Shown one piece after another: positions 62,040 through 64,000 of a stretch of DNA of 64,000 bases. This DNA is from Mytilus edulis. Its lineage: Eukaryota. Below the pieces are notes generated by a model. The model made no database searches and was not told where the DNA came from. It worked only from the letters and a program-made list of their open reading frames with translations. Numbering within the stretch: position 1 is the first letter of the stretch; each line of letters opens with the position of its first letter. The stretch covers positions 39,494,001 through 39,558,000 of the forward strand of contig NC_092346.1 of NCBI RefSeq assembly GCF_963676685.1, given 5' to 3'. The position numbers and the translations under genes are program-made.

Positions 62040-64000
62040 TAACCAGATGCTCCGCAGGGCGTAGCTTTATACGACCGCAGAGGTTGAACCCTGAACGGTT
62101 GGGGCAAGTATGGACACAACATTCAAGCTGGATTCAGCTCTAAATTTGGATTGTGATTAAATAGTTGACACAGCATAGGTTTCTGACACAGAATGAATGT
62201 GTTCTAATGAACTTAAATTTTTTGTTTTCTCTTAGAGCAATTCAGTATGCTGTTGAATATTAATCCTCTCAAAAAAATGTTTGAAGAAATTTTCTTTTTT
62301 ATTTATGAAATTTCAAGTGAGAAAAATTGAACCCAATTTTTTTAATCACATCCTCCTTTCCCTTATTCCAAAACTAATCTCAATTAAAATTTCTAATGGA
62401 GTTTGCAACAATAACTACTCATTTAAATACATCATAAAATATTAAGATGTAAAAAAACTGCTTGTTATCACTGAATGGTAAAGATTATTTTAATTTATCA
62501 GTTGGTAGTAAAAAGTGAATATACATTGTATATTGTATATAACAAAGATTTAAGTTGATTCTGGACAAAGAAAGATAACTCCAATTAAAAAAAAATCTTG
62601 CTATTGCACAATATTGTGCAATTAGATATTTCTTGCTTACTATTCTGGACAAAGAAAGATAACTCTAATTAAAAAAAATTTGCTATTTCACAATATTGTG
62701 CAATTAGATATTTCTTGCCATTGCGCAATACTGTGCAATTGAAAAGACTTGCTATTGCACAATACTTAATATAATAATTTTAGATCCTGATTTGGACCAA
62801 CTTGAAAACTGGGCCCATAATCAAAAATCTAAGTACATTTTTGGATTCAGCATATCAAAGAACCCCAAGATTTCAATTTTTGTTAAAATCAGACTAAGTT
62901 TAATTTTGGACCCTTTGGACTTTAGTGTAGACCAATTTGAAAACAGGACCAAAAATGAAGAATCTACATACACAGTTAGGTTTGGTATATCAAAGAACCC
63001 CATTTATTCAATTTTTGATGAAATCAAACAAAGTTTAATTTTGGACCCCGATTTGGACCAACTTGAAAACTGGGCCAATAATCAAGAATCTAAGTACATT
63101 TTTAGATTCAGCATATCAAAGAACCTAACTGAGTTATTTTTTGTCAAAATCAAACTAAGTTTAATTTTGGACCCTTTGGACCTTAATGTAGACCAATTTG
63201 AAAACGGGACCAAAAGTTAAGAATCTACATACACAGTCATTACAGTTAGATTCAGCATATCAAAGAACCCCAATTATTCAATTTTGATGAAATCAAACAA
63301 AGTTTAATTTTGGACCCTTTGGGCCCCTTATTATGTTGGGACCAAAACTCCCAAAATCAATACCAACCTTCCTTTTATGGTCATAAACCTTGTGTTTAAA
63401 TTTCATAGATTTCTATTTACTTATACTAACGTTATGGTGCGAAAACCAAGAAAAATGCTTATTTGGGTCCCTTTTTGGCCCCTAATTCCTAAACTGTTGG
63501 GACCTAAACTTCCAAAATCAATACCAACCTTCCTTTTGTAGTCATTAACATTGTGTTTAAATTTCATTGATTTCTATTTACTAAAACTAAAGTTATTGTG
63601 CGAAAACCAAGAATAATGCTTATTTGGGCCCTTTTTTGGCCCCTAATTCCTAAACTGTTGAAACCAAAACTCCCAAAATCAATCCCAACTGTTCTTTTGT
63701 GGTCATAAACCTTGTGTCAAAATTTCATAGATTTCTAATAACTTAAACTAAAGTTATAGTGCGAAAACCAAGAAAATGCTTATTTGGGCCCTTTTTGGCC
63801 CCTAATTCCTAAAATGTTGGGACCAAAACTCCCAAAATCAATACCAACCTTCCTTTTGTGGTCATAAACCTTGTGTTAAAATTTCATAGATTTCCATTCA
63901 CTTTTACTAAAGTTAGAGTGCGAAAACTAAAAGAATTCAGACGACGACGACGATGCAGACGACGACACCAACGTGATAGCAATATACGACGAAATTATTT
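62040..64000 (-). mobile_element. Helentron-type MITE (same family as 37343-38909), runs to the window edge
   Basis: Same AACCAGATGCTCCGCAG..TTATACGACCGC end, tandem cores and (GAC)n microsatellite. Confidence 0.8.

Overview
AT-rich eukaryotic genomic DNA, not prokaryotic. The gene families and repeat types point to a bivalve, probably a Mytilus mussel (inference). The window holds a tandem cluster of four RING-less TRIM-like genes (B-box1, B-box2, coiled-coil, NHL-like beta-propeller), each with one coding exon on the + strand. Two copies are intact (29832-31505, 60045-61745). One is a pseudogene split by a young integrase-only BEL/Pao LTR element (18668-22517). One (8592-10136) is a chimera: the last propeller blades are replaced in-frame by what looks like the retrocopied DWS-repeat C-terminal tail of ribosomal protein SA/laminin receptor, followed by a ~93-bp near-perfect hairpin, an arrangement reminiscent of TRIMCyp. 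Also present are a C1q-domain gene running off the left edge (- strand) and an intron-containing, 5'-truncated RBM25 pseudogene (- strand) with a duplicated last exon. Repeats include many hammerhead-ribozyme (retrozyme-like) copies, a Penelope-like RT, a CR1-like LINE, a Helitron, Helentron-type MITEs with tandem duplications starting inside them, and other TIR elements and SINEs.
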